Source: Pseudomonadota bacterium (GTDB lineage Bacteria; Bdellovibrionota_B; Oligoflexia; Oligoflexales; CAIYRB01). From it: 64,000 bases of DNA. The notes below the pieces were generated by a model. The model had not been told where the DNA came from, did no database searches, and was given only the letters and a program-made list of their open reading frames with translations. The stretch lies in NCBI GenBank assembly GCA_026390435.1, contig JAPLFY010000105.1, forward strand, positions 606 to 64,605, given 5' to 3'. Positions 20,313 through 31,945 of the stretch are shown here, piece by piece. Each line of letters starts with the position of its first letter. Position 1 is the stretch's first letter. The position numbers and the translations under genes are program-made.

Positions 20313-21176
20313 ATGTCCCGTAAAATCACTACGCCGTTATTTCTGATGATTTTTATGACCTATGCCGTGGCCTGTGGCAGCGGATCTCAGGGCACCTCAG
20401 GTGCAGAGCAGAAGCGTGAGGAGGCAACTGAGGCTATTAAATTCACGAGTATTGACTACGATCCGTTGACTGCGCCGGCAAAAGTCGCGGCGAAGGTAAA
20501 CTATGCCATTTCCATTATTGCTAAGTCGGGCAATGAAGTGTGCCGAGGAACGACACAAATCAATATTATGTCGAATCTGGAGCTCAAGTTCCCCTCCGGG
20601 ACTGTCAAATGCTTGACGCTGACTATCGACTTATCCAAAATCCTTGGTAATAGTTTTTTATCGGCAAATCCAGGCCTGGGGAATTTTACTAGTGATGGAA
20701 AAGTGCTTTATATAAAAGAGATCGGCAAAGCCACGTTTGATCCACCGCGGCCTTTTTTTCTTGGGCCCTTAGTTCAGAATCCAGCAGACTACAAGGACTT
20801 CAAATTAACTGTGCCGGAAACGGTCACTGTGAACGACCCAGAGGCTAACGTTTCCCTTTCGGGGACCGGGCAGTTTGATGTCGAAGTGCTCAGTGTGGGC
20901 GAGAAATACTCTAACCAACTATCACCTGCAAATAAGTTCGATCATGTGATGCGCTGGGCAATTTCCTCCTCCGGTTTTGATGGAGTGCCGGCTAAATATG
21001 GACTGCTTTATAAAAAAATGGAGTGGTACTGGAACACACAGCCATTGATGATTCCTAAAATTGTTATTTCAGGCGACTTAGCTGCCTTTATTGGAAGTGG
21101 CGGTTCTGGGATTAGCCGTCTTGTGGGTGATGTGACGATTAGTCTTTCAGTCAAAGATTTTGAATATGGCACGTGA
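20313..21176 (+). CDS. Hypothetical lipoprotein
   Basis: Lipobox AVAC; beta-rich sequence. Confidence 0.7.
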   Translation: MSRKITTPLFLMIFMTYAVACGSGSQGTSGAEQKREEATEAIKFTSIDYDPLTAPAKVAAKVNYAISIIAKSGNEVCRGTTQINIMSNLELKFPSGTVKCLTLTIDLSKILGNSFLSANPGLGNFTSDGKVLYIKEIGKATFDPPRPFFLGPLVQNPADYKDFKLTVPETVTVNDPEANVSLSGTGQFDVEVLSVGEKYSNQLSPANKFDHVMRWAISSSGFDGVPAKYGLLYKKMEWYWNTQPLMIPKIVISGDLAAFIGSGGSGISRLVGDVTISLSVKDFEYGT

Positions 21177-21184
21177 TAAGTTTA

Positions 21185-21802
21185 CTAGCGTCTGACTCGC
21201 ACTTCGGCAAAAATTACCGTTGTTGGTTCGCTGGCGCGTAACTCAAGGGTGGCAGGATTTCGTGCATTTTTTCTGTCTTCCGCTGCAGTAGCGAAAATCA
21301 AGATATCTCCCAGTTTAAGCTGAGAAAATCCTTTTTGCTGCGTGCTTACGTGTCCAGAAAGGATGAAGACAGCGGTGAAATCAGCGTCCAAGAGCCAATG
21401 TAAGGTTGAGTTGGCCTCGATTGAGTTGACTTTAAGGTCACCGTAGGCGGTGTCTCTGCGCACCATTAAATTTACATCTTGAGCTGGTCCGTTCTGTAAA
21501 ATGCAAGATGTGCTCAAATCACCGCTAAAGCAATAAGGCTGCTCTAAACCCAAGTCCCTGGCACCGCTTTCGCCGTGATCTAGTCGCAGCGGGCCTCCCG
21601 AGACCTGCACTAGGTGTCGGTCGTACCCAGGGAACGTAGAAAATGGCCCAGACAGCGAAATCTCGGCCAGGCTGAGGCGCCACAAAAAAGGATCGGCAAA
21701 AGACGCCGACTGTGGAAAAATTGCCAATTGCTTCGTACGTCCACCCCCGTTCTTCCACGGCATGGATAGATAGTCGGCGGCGCTGCGGTGAGTAACCTCC
21801 AT
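21185..21802 (-). CDS. HutD/Ves family protein
   Basis: MPWKNGGGRT, WRLSLAEI..SGPFS.FPGYDR, D.NLMVRR. Confidence 0.9.
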   Translation of the reverse strand: MEVTHRSAADYLSMPWKNGGGRTKQLAIFPQSASFADPFLWRLSLAEISLSGPFSTFPGYDRHLVQVSGGPLRLDHGESGARDLGLEQPYCFSGDLSTSCILQNGPAQDVNLMVRRDTAYGDLKVNSIEANSTLHWLLDADFTAVFILSGHVSTQQKGFSQLKLGDILIFATAAEDRKNARNPATLELRASEPTTVIFAEVRVRR

Positions 21803-21851
21803 GTTGACCGGCTCCTAGGCTCGTGTGGTTTCGCCTCTCCGTCGGATCTGG

Positions 21852-22340
21852 CTAAAACAAGTGAGTTAACTCGTAGGCTCTGTCGCCCTTAGAAATTTGT
21901 ACCAAAATCTCGTCTCCAACCCGTTTGCCTATTAAGGCCCGGCCGAGGGGGGTCTGCGGCGTGATTGTGAGCACCTGGCCTTCTGGCGACTTGAGGCTAT
22001 AACCGCCGGCTACCTGGACGATAAAGTAACGGACTGTGGTCTGCTCGTTAGTCAACTCGACGACGGCAGACAGTCCCACCGGTTGATCGGTCCGGAAATC
22101 CTGTGGAAGGGTCGCTCGGATCAAATCCAAAGCCGACTGTAGCTCGGTGGCTCGTGCGTCCTGAGCTCCGGCAAGATATGAGGCTTCCAGTCCGCGCGTA
22201 TCATATTGGTTTTCTGGCTTGTTTTCAGCATGGGTGGCGGCATCGTGGGCAGCTGCGGCAGATGCACGCAAGGCGTTTAATTCAGTTTCGAGCTTTTCTA
22301 CAATTTGTGCCAGCAGGGATTTCTTGATTTCTCGTGTCAA
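21852..22340 (-). CDS. GreA/GreB family protein
   Basis: ENQYDTRGLEASYLA coiled coil; ITPQTPLGRALIGKRVGD C-terminal domain. Confidence 0.85.
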   Translation of the reverse strand: MTREIKKSLLAQIVEKLETELNALRASAAAAHDAATHAENKPENQYDTRGLEASYLAGAQDARATELQSALDLIRATLPQDFRTDQPVGLSAVVELTNEQTTVRYFIVQVAGGYSLKSPEGQVLTITPQTPLGRALIGKRVGDEILVQISKGDRAYELTHLF

Positions 22341-22513
22341 GCGATAGCCTTTCAGTGTCCAGGCTTTTTATTGTGGGTATCCATATAATCCATTTTTACT
22401 TCTTGGTAGTGAAAACGATTATGTTAAAATACTGGCTGCTATAAAGTCAAAAGGTACAAGTTATGACCTCGGTGGCCTATTGTGTCCAAATCTAAAGCTC
22501 CGGTAGATAGAAA

Positions 22514-22993
22514 ATGCAAGGTCCAAAGTCCGAGTCCAAGCCGTTTTGGCAAACCAAAACACTAGAAGAGATGAACAAGAAGGAATGGGAATCACTGTGT
22601 GATGGCTGCGGACGCTGTTGTTTAAACAAGTACGAGGTCGAGGGTACCACTAAAGTAGTCTTTACAGACGTCGCCTGTAAATTACTCAACACCGAGTCCT
22701 GTCGCTGTTCTAATTATAAAAACCGAGCCAAATTTGTTGAGGACTGCATCGTCCTCACCCCCGAAGTCATGCCTGCAATGAACTGTCTACCACCTACCTG
22801 CGCTTACCGATTAATTAGCGAGGGTAAAAAGCTTTATTCATGGCATCCGCTGGTATCGGGCTCTAAAGATAGCGTGCATAGTGCCGGTATTTCTGTTCGT
22901 GGGCGCGCTGTATCAGAGGTAGGACTCAGCGAAGAAGAGATTGAGCAGCGTCTTGTGCGCTGGCCCCAGAGTAAAAGGGCTAGGCCGATCTGA
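22514..22993 (+). CDS. YcgN family cysteine-cluster protein
   Basis: EWESLCDGCGRCC, LPPTCAYR, WHPLVSG. Confidence 0.9.
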   Translation: MQGPKSESKPFWQTKTLEEMNKKEWESLCDGCGRCCLNKYEVEGTTKVVFTDVACKLLNTESCRCSNYKNRAKFVEDCIVLTPEVMPAMNCLPPTCAYRLISEGKKLYSWHPLVSGSKDSVHSAGISVRGRAVSEVGLSEEEIEQRLVRWPQSKRARPI

Positions 22994-23066
22994 TTGTGTC
23001 ATAATGTTAGGTTTTTACCGTTAAAACCCATCGTTCTCGGCGTGAGCTGGCATAGGATTTTAAATT

Positions 23067-24302
23067 TTGAATTCAGTCAAAGCAATGTCAATCCGGCAGA
23101 TTGTGCTTAACTCCACTGTTTTGGTGGCTGCCTTAGGGTATTTCGTCGACATCTATGATCTTGTTCTTTTTAGCATCGTTCGGGTGGAAAGTCTCAATTC
23201 CCTGGGGATTAGCGGCGACGCTTTGCTGACCAACGGTGTGCATTTACTCGATATGCAGATGGGCGGGATGTTGATCGGTGGTCTTGTTTGGGGAGTACTC
23301 GGTGACAAGCGCGGTCGATTGTCCGTGCTGCTTGGGTCGATTTTGCTCTATTCATTGGCAAATCTTGCCAATGCTTTCGTCGTTAATATTGAACAGTATG
23401 CGGCCCTGCGGCTTCTGGCTGGTATAGGCTTGGCTGGTGAGCTTGGTGCAGCGATCACCTTGGTGAGTGAGGCACTTCCACGGGAATCGCGTGGATACGG
23501 CACAGCGTTCGTAGCGGGTATAGGTGTGTCGGGTGCTGTTTTCGCCGCACTTATAGCGGCGTACTTCTCCTGGCGTGGTGCCTTTGTGGTTGGTGGTTTA
23601 ATGGGATTAGCGCTTTTATTGACTAGATTTAAGCTGCGTGAATCGACCATGTTTGCGGATGTTCGCGAGAAGGCTGTAAGTCGCGGCAATTTTTTTCTCA
23701 TTGTGAAGTCTTGGCCGCGCTTGGTTCGTTACATCCAGTGTGTACTGATTGGGGTTCCGCTCTGGTTTTGTGTGGGCATACTTGCCACATTTTCTCCCGA
23801 AATCTGTGCGGCTCTGGGGGCCACCGGTCCGGTATCTGCTGGCCAGTCGATCCTCTACTGTTATGCCGGACTCAGTGTTGGTGATATTTTAAGCGGTTTT
23901 CTCGGTCAGTGGTGGCACAGTCGCAAACGAGTCATCGGACTATTTTTAGCTTTATTTTTAGGTAGTGCGGGTGTCTTTTTGTCGCTGCGAAACTGTGAGC
24001 CATCGGTTTATTATCTCATGTTTTTCATTCTTGGTATCGCTGCCGGCTACTGGGCTGTGTTTAACACGGTTGCGGCCGAGCAGTTTGGTACCAATATTCG
24101 CGCGACTGTGGCGATCAGCGTCCCGAATTTTGTGCGTGGATCTGTCGTGTTGTTGACACTAGCGTTTCGCGCGCTGACGCCCAGCCTCGGTCTCATTGGA
24201 AGTGCTGGGGTTGTCGGTTCGGTGAGTGTACTTACGGCCTTTGCGGCACTCGCTGGTTTGCGCGAATCGTTTGGCGACGATTTGAATTTTATCGAAGAAT
24301 GA
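23067..24302 (+). CDS. MFS transporter
   Basis: About 12 TM helices; LGDKRGR motif A; AEQFGTNIRAT. Confidence 0.9.
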   Translation: MNSVKAMSIRQIVLNSTVLVAALGYFVDIYDLVLFSIVRVESLNSLGISGDALLTNGVHLLDMQMGGMLIGGLVWGVLGDKRGRLSVLLGSILLYSLANLANAFVVNIEQYAALRLLAGIGLAGELGAAITLVSEALPRESRGYGTAFVAGIGVSGAVFAALIAAYFSWRGAFVVGGLMGLALLLTRFKLRESTMFADVREKAVSRGNFFLIVKSWPRLVRYIQCVLIGVPLWFCVGILATFSPEICAALGATGPVSAGQSILYCYAGLSVGDILSGFLGQWWHSRKRVIGLFLALFLGSAGVFLSLRNCEPSVYYLMFFILGIAAGYWAVFNTVAAEQFGTNIRATVAISVPNFVRGSVVLLTLAFRALTPSLGLIGSAGVVGSVSVLTAFAALAGLRESFGDDLNFIEE

Positions 24303-24467
24303 AAGTCGCGAGGGCTTTCGGCCCCGATGTGTCAACCTAGTATAAGCCGGCGTGCTGACAAACCTGATGCTGTCGCGAGGCATAAAAATTGCATCGATGT
24401 CCTGAGGGAGTCTTTTAAAAGGCGCAAACTCGGCGGCGTGACGAGTGCAGCATGAGGGGAATCAATC

Positions 24468-25166
24468 ATGAAGATTATCTTATTTTTAAGAATTGCGGTG
24501 GTGTTGTTTGTTTTCATCTCTTCGCCACTAGCTGCTGCTCAGTTACATGGAGCTGAAGCGGAGGGGATTTTTTCAGTTATTTTACACCGGGGCGGTACAA
24601 CTTATTGGTTGGCCCACAACCATCTCATGGTCGCAGATGCCAGAGAGGCTAAAATTGAGCTGAATGTAGAGCCTACGAAGCCGGAAGGTGGTGAATTCCG
24701 CGTTGTGATAGATGTTCAAAAGCTGATAGTCGATGATGGTGCACTGCATCAAAAGTGGAATAAGCGTATTCGTGAATTGGCGATTTTGAACGAAGACTTC
24801 ATTGATTTAAGTCTAGATGATCGCACAAAGATCCGGTCTCAGATGCTCGCAGAGGATCAGCTGTCTGCCGCTATGTTCCAGGAAATCAAGGCTGAATTAG
24901 TAAACCTAAAAAGCTCGCCGTCGACTAGGGGGCTGGTGTCATTCAACTATGCCGGAGTGCTTAGGATGACAATTCGCGGGAAGGCTAAAGAGATTCCTGT
25001 GCAGGCCAATGTCCATGTTGATGGCGATAGCCTTAGCGTCGAGGCGGCTGGTGTGTCCGATTTAACTGACTTCGGCATCACCCCGATCTCTATCATGTTG
25101 GGTGCGATAAAGGTACTGCCTGAGTTCGAGATATACGCAAATTTTAGAACCAAACTGATTCCATAA
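24468..25166 (+). CDS. YceI-like exported protein
   Basis: Signal peptide; AHNH, QMLAEDQL, LTDFGITP..IKV. Confidence 0.7.
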   Translation: MKIILFLRIAVVLFVFISSPLAAAQLHGAEAEGIFSVILHRGGTTYWLAHNHLMVADAREAKIELNVEPTKPEGGEFRVVIDVQKLIVDDGALHQKWNKRIRELAILNEDFIDLSLDDRTKIRSQMLAEDQLSAAMFQEIKAELVNLKSSPSTRGLVSFNYAGVLRMTIRGKAKEIPVQANVHVDGDSLSVEAAGVSDLTDFGITPISIMLGAIKVLPEFEIYANFRTKLIP

Positions 25167-25318
25167 TGCGTGATGTCGGCAATTTTGATGAATTTCGATG
25201 AGTGGCGCGTGTCATTGTGCAGTTTGCCACATCCATGACTGTCGCTTATTTGAGACAGTTCTCCTCGATCTCATCGTGAATGTACTCCGATCGACTTAGC
25301 AACTGGCACTAATGCGGC

Positions 25319-25335
25319 TTGGCACATAATTTGCA
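25319..25335 (+). promoter_or_regulatory. sigma-54 (-24/-12) promoter
   Basis: TTGGCAC-ATAAT-TTGCA with exact GG-N10-GC spacing, upstream of the RRM gene. Confidence 0.65.
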
Positions 25336-25388
25336 GATTTGCGAACAGCAAAGATAAAGCCAATGCGCACTCACATTTTGGAGCTAAT

Positions 25389-25661
25389 ATGCGCACGAGA
25401 ATTCAATTAGTTGATTTGGCAACGACGGTGACGGCGGAAGACCTCCGTCGGCTATGCTCTGTTTTTGGTACTGTGAGCTCTGTGTCTCGTGATGGCGACG
25501 ACGGCATGGTCGAAATGAGTTCCGAGCAGGATACCACACTTTGTGTCCAACGCTTGAGTGGACATAATTTCAAGGGCAGAGAATTAGTATTGCGCAAGCG
25601 CGCTATAGTTAGCCTTCCAGTGGCTCACGGTAGCGGGCCTTCGCCTGAAGCCAGGCTTTAA
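25389..25661 (+). CDS. RRM RNA-binding protein
   Basis: TAEDLRRL.S.FG.V, VEM, L.GHNFKGREL.L; RBS GGAG. Confidence 0.75.
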   Translation: MRTRIQLVDLATTVTAEDLRRLCSVFGTVSSVSRDGDDGMVEMSSEQDTTLCVQRLSGHNFKGRELVLRKRAIVSLPVAHGSGPSPEARL

Positions 25662-25700
25662 TAGTGAAGTGATTTTTATATGTAGATTTAAAAAGGGAGA

Positions 25701-26333
25701 TTGCGGATGAAAAAGTCGATCCTCTGTTCGAGTTTTGTTTTAGGTGTCATCGGTAGTGGATCTGCGTTTGCGAGTATTCCCGAACATAGAATGTTGTTTG
25801 CTGATTCCGACGATCTAGAGGCACTCGTTGCTGATGCTAGTACGACGATGCAGCAAATGCAGGGTACCTGGACCTTGCCTTGTCAGTCTTGGAATCCTAG
25901 TGATCCATCCACTGCCGATGACTCCAGAAGTACAAGTTGGAGCTATACGTTCAAGGGTTCGGAATTCATTTGGGAAACAGATGATTTTATAGACACCGAA
26001 TGTAGGCAGCCACTGGGTAAGTTGATTTCAGCGGGATTTTTCAAGGTTGGGGACCCGGTTTCAAGCGTCGATGGCGCATTCACTTTCAATATGTTTGAAA
26101 CGCATGATGTTCACACTTTGCTCGACCTATCTAAGCGGCTTTTCGACTCGTGCAAAGGTGGTACTAATGTGCTCTCTGGCTCGTCTGAGTGCTATCCAGG
26201 TGATACTTATCAGATCATACGGGTTGAGGGTGAAAGGTTGCGCTTTGGTAGAATCAATGACGAGCATCCTGGATACAGCGCCATCACACGTCCAAGTTTC
26301 CTAAGTAATCGAATCTTTATTCGGGTCAGGTGA
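25701..26333 (+). CDS. Hypothetical exported protein
   Basis: Signal peptide ending SAFA; QGTW..PC beta-rich domain. Confidence 0.65.
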   Translation: MRMKKSILCSSFVLGVIGSGSAFASIPEHRMLFADSDDLEALVADASTTMQQMQGTWTLPCQSWNPSDPSTADDSRSTSWSYTFKGSEFIWETDDFIDTECRQPLGKLISAGFFKVGDPVSSVDGAFTFNMFETHDVHTLLDLSKRLFDSCKGGTNVLSGSSECYPGDTYQIIRVEGERLRFGRINDEHPGYSAITRPSFLSNRIFIRVR

Positions 26334-26447
26334 ATTGCTGGTTAGTTTGTGGCGCGAAAAGCGGGCAGTTCTAGCAAGAACCCCGGCTTTGGCGCGCCTA
26401 TAAGTTATCAATGCCATTCAGCTTATTTTCTAATTAAAAGAAAGCCC

Positions 26448-26474
26448 TAAAGTTTTCCTGGGAAATACCGATAA
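26448..26474 (+). promoter_or_regulatory. sigma-28-type promoter
   Basis: TAAAGTTT-N11-ACCGATAA. Confidence 0.85.
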
Positions 26475-26521
26475 TACGGATGCTATTATAGAAAATATCC
26501 GGTTATAGGTAGAGGGCGATC

Positions 26522-27442
26522 ATGATTAGAGGAATCAAGTTTAGTCGTTTTCTTTGCGTGTTGAGTATGATGTCCGCCTGTGGATCGCCGGATGCCCAGT
26601 CGTCGAGAACGCCGGTGGTTGGGCAAAATCAAGGTGCGGATGATACTGACTGCACTTCAGCGACGGATCAGAGTTCTGCTGCAGCGCTGCTCGATACAAA
26701 AGTTGTCAGCACAAAGGACACTAATCAGAGTGCCGATAGTGACAATTGTTTGCCGCGCAAGAAACCTGCGGTGGCGAGCGGCAATAAGAGCGGTACATTA
26801 GGCCCCGCGAACGGTAATCCTCAGGTTGCTGCCAACGGCATACCGGCGAGCAGCAATAGCGCTTCTAATAACTCGGACGGTAGCCCTTTCTCCGACAACA
26901 CATCATCGGGTGGCCTCGGCGGTTTGGGTGGATTGGCGAACGGCCTCGGCGGTTTGGGTGGCCTTGGTGGTTTGGCCGGTGGCCTTGGTGGCCTGGCCGG
27001 CGGCCTCGGCGGTTTGGGTGGATTGGCGAACGGCCTTGGTGGCCTTGGTGGCCTTGGTGGTTTGGCCGGTGGCCTCGGCGGTTTAAGTGGATTAACGAGT
27101 GGGCTTGGCGGTCTCGGTAATTTCGGAAACCTAGGTAGTCTATTCGGTGGCGGCCAATCTGGTGCTGGCAGTGGATCCACCAATAATTCCGCTACGACAA
27201 ACAACAGTAACGCGCCAACAACGGTGAGTGGTTCCGTTACCTATTCAGCTAATGTCTCGCCTTATCTCAACCGCGCTTGCGTGCGTTGTCACTCGAATCT
27301 CGGCAATTACGATGGCGCAAAACGAACAGCCAGCGATAGTTTAAACCGGATGAAGAGTGGCAACATGCCCCCAGGTGGTGGCGTTTCATCGTCCGACCTT
27401 AGTCAGTTCCAGGCTTGGGTGACTGGTGGTACTCCTCAATAA
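26522..27442 (+). CDS. Lipoprotein with (GGL)n tract and C-terminal c-type cytochrome domain
   Basis: Lipobox MSAC; Gly-Leu repeats; CVRCH...MPP...W. Confidence 0.8.
   Translation: MIRGIKFSRFLCVLSMMSACGSPDAQSSRTPVVGQNQGADDTDCTSATDQSSAAALLDTKVVSTKDTNQSADSDNCLPRKKPAVASGNKSGTLGPANGNPQVAANGIPASSNSASNNSDGSPFSDNTSSGGLGGLGGLANGLGGLGGLGGLAGGLGGLAGGLGGLGGLANGLGGLGGLGGLAGGLGGLSGLTSGLGGLGNFGNLGSLFGGGQSGAGSGSTNNSATTNNSNAPTTVSGSVTYSANVSPYLNRACVRCHSNLGNYDGAKRTASDSLNRMKSGNMPPGGGVSSSDLSQFQAWVTGGTPQ
26909..27150 (+). repeat. Coding tandem repeat (GGL/GGLA/GGLAN units)
   Basis: Repeated ggcctcggcggtttgggtggattggcgaac and ggccttggt units. Confidence 0.9.
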
Positions 27443-27452
27443 TTTTTTTAAC

Positions 27453-27496
27453 AAAAAACAGGCCTTGGAACGATGTAGCGTTCCAAGGCCTATTTT
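27453..27496. terminator. Bidirectional Rho-independent terminator
   Basis: A-run, AGGCCTTGGAACG-ATGTAG-CGTTCCAAGGCCT, T-run, between convergent genes. Confidence 0.85.
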
Positions 27497-27520
27497 ACTT
27501 ACTCTAATGCACCCTAAGGT

Positions 27521-29848
<2,328 letters not shown>

Positions 29849-30002
29849 TCATATCTGCGGCGCAGCTTTGCTGAGCTGCTGCTTAGCTTGCAACTAAAGT
29901 GCCACTGGTATTCTTGGAGCACTGGGGGATTTTATTCTTCGGGAGGGTGACAAGGCACCTATACGGGCTGAGACGACGGGCGAATTTTTCGTATAGAAAA
30001 AT

Positions 30003-30078
30003 TGGAGGCGCCGCCCGGATTCGAACCGGGGCATGACGCATTTGCAATGCGCTCCCTTAGCCACTTGGGTACGGCGCC
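30003..30078 (-). tRNA. tRNA-Cys (GCA)
   Basis: Reverse complement GGCGCCG...GCGCA-TTGCAAA-TGCGT...GGTTCGAATCC...CGGCGCC-T-CCA folds as a full cloverleaf with encoded CCA. Confidence 0.97.
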
Positions 30079-30136
30079 GTCGCTCAGTAAGGAATTGCAT
30101 TTATGACAAGAAAGCGCCCCCTCTGGCAAGGGGATT

Positions 30137-31129
30137 CTAAAATAAATTCACAATCATGTTCATGCCAAGAGTCGTATTGTCAGCGGTAACTGGGTCGCCG
30201 CCGAAGGGGAACAGTTTGGCATAGATGTTAAAATATAGGCCCTGAGCTGCCGTGATACCGAGGCCAAGCTGTTGGAAGTCGGGAGTCCGGCGGTACTTGA
30301 AGCGCGGCGACATGTCGCGTGTATGTAAGTAAGTGATCGCGGTCATGGTGCGAAAGTTGAGGGTTGAGTTGAAGCGGTACTCGAAGGTTGGGTCGAGGTA
30401 GAACTGCGTCTCCATCTGCCCAGAGCGTTTATACTGCTTGCTGTCATAGAATGAGTTGGCAAAGCCGTTAAAAATCATTCCAATCGTGGCCCCTTCGGCG
30501 ATCTCGTAGACCGTGTCAGAGAAGAATGACATGCCACTTCGGTAGCCGTTGAGTACGCGGTAGCGATAGCTCGTGTATTGCTTCGCGGAAATACCGGCGC
30601 GGACCATCACCGGGCCGATGCTGATGCGCCGGGCTAAATCCATGTACGGGTCGCTCATGCGCGTATTGCGGGGGCCTTGAAAGGGAGTTTCAGTCCCAAC
30701 GCCCGTGCCAACGCCAGCCGTGGTTGTCGGATCGAGGCGGTTGCGCAGAGAGAATGTCCCGCTCATCGAGACGGCCGGCGCAGGAACGGCTTTGCCGGGG
30801 TTTGGGGCTTCAGCTGAAAATGGTTCGTTAATGGATGGGCCGCTATAGGAAAGATTGAACTGCCCGCTCCATGGCGAGCTAGAGCCGTCTAGTGCGCGCA
30901 GACGCTCATTCTTGATGGTCAGCGCCGGTTTCGTCTCGGGCTGAGACTCGGGCTTATTTACAGTTTTATTTTCAGCCTTAACTTCCACTGCCGGAGCCTT
31001 GGCTACTTCAGCCTGGGCGGGAGACGGCAGTGCTGAAATGCCGAGTAGTAAGGGCAGTAACGGGCGGCAAAGTAGGCGATGACGAATGATTTGATTGACT
31101 GTTCGCACTGAAGCTATCCCTGGACGCAT
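30137..31129 (-). CDS. Outer-membrane beta-barrel protein
   Basis: Signal peptide, amphipathic strands, C-terminal LGMNMIVNLF. Confidence 0.7.
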   Translation of the reverse strand: MRPGIASVRTVNQIIRHRLLCRPLLPLLLGISALPSPAQAEVAKAPAVEVKAENKTVNKPESQPETKPALTIKNERLRALDGSSSPWSGQFNLSYSGPSINEPFSAEAPNPGKAVPAPAVSMSGTFSLRNRLDPTTTAGVGTGVGTETPFQGPRNTRMSDPYMDLARRISIGPVMVRAGISAKQYTSYRYRVLNGYRSGMSFFSDTVYEIAEGATIGMIFNGFANSFYDSKQYKRSGQMETQFYLDPTFEYRFNSTLNFRTMTAITYLHTRDMSPRFKYRRTPDFQQLGLGITAAQGLYFNIYAKLFPFGGDPVTADNTTLGMNMIVNLF

Positions 31130-31267
31130 GGCCGCATCGCCCCTAAACTACTGATAATGATGGAAGATTTCTCGACCTAGCTGGGTCCGTGAAAGGGCGC
31201 CAGTAGAAGGCGAACTTATACCGATGACTCACTCAACCGTCACCCCTTTTCTCAGAAAGGTGTCCGC

Positions 31268-31945
31268 ATGCAGCATGTGATCGTCGCCGGTAGCACCGGA
31301 TTGGTTGGATCTGAGTTGATTCGTCAACTTAAAGAGCTTTCTAACGTTCGGGTTACGGCCCTGGTTCGCCGTCCTTGCGGTCTCAGCTTTCCTCCGCAGA
31401 TTACAGAGAGGATCTTCGATTTTGATAGTGACAGGGCCTACTCTGAGATAGGCACCGAAGCTGTGCCCTGCGACATCCTTCTTTGCGCCGTCGGCAGCAC
31501 GATCCGCAAGGCAGGCAGCCGCGCTGCCTTCGAGGCTATCGACCGCGGTATTCCGCTGCGCCTGGCAGCGGCTCTCGCCAGTAACAATCCAAAAGCTGTA
31601 TTCGGCTTTGTATCATCTGTCGGAGCCGATCGTCCCCGCGGTTTTTACCTGCAAACGAAAGCGGCGGTGGAGGCGGGCCTTGCCGCTCTTGGGGTACCGC
31701 ATGTCCTCGCCCGTCCTTCGCTGCTCATGGGAGAGCGTTCAGAATCACGTCCTATGGAAGAGCTTATGACCCATGTTTTACCGTCGTTGTTCAGTCTTGG
31801 GGACCAGTTAGGGCTTAAACGCGCGTTAAATCGGTACCGACCGGTTGCAGCTACGCAAGTGGCCCGTGCCCTGCTGCAAGAAACTTTGAATCGTGATGTA
31901 CGCGGGCGAGTCGTGATTGAGGGCGAAGCTTTTTATAAGCCGTAA
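31268..31945 (+). CDS. NAD(P)-binding oxidoreductase (TIP30/YraR-like SDR)
   Basis: VAGSTGLVG, VSSVGAD, YLQTK, RPSLLMGER. Confidence 0.85.
   Translation: MQHVIVAGSTGLVGSELIRQLKELSNVRVTALVRRPCGLSFPPQITERIFDFDSDRAYSEIGTEAVPCDILLCAVGSTIRKAGSRAAFEAIDRGIPLRLAAALASNNPKAVFGFVSSVGADRPRGFYLQTKAAVEAGLAALGVPHVLARPSLLMGERSESRPMEELMTHVLPSLFSLGDQLGLKRALNRYRPVAATQVARALLQETLNRDVRGRVVIEGEAFYKP

Noticed and set aside
24303-24467. Possible riboswitch or structured RNA upstream of the YceI-like gene
   Set aside because: Only short hairpins are present, with no recognisable family consensus; a covariance-model search would be needed.
26909-27150. Repeated DNA units as a possible CRISPR array
   Set aside because: The repeats are in-frame coding units with no unique spacers, and there are no cas genes. 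No CRISPR array was seen in the window.
26821-27204. Pro-rich ORF (PPRPPKPP repeats) on the minus strand
   Set aside because: It is the antisense shadow of the GGL repeat in the lipoprotein 26522..27442.
30003-30078. tRNA-Cys as an island integration site
   Set aside because: No integrase and no duplicated tRNA 3' end were seen in the window.
29894-30100. 68-aa ORF
   Set aside because: It overlaps tRNA-Cys.
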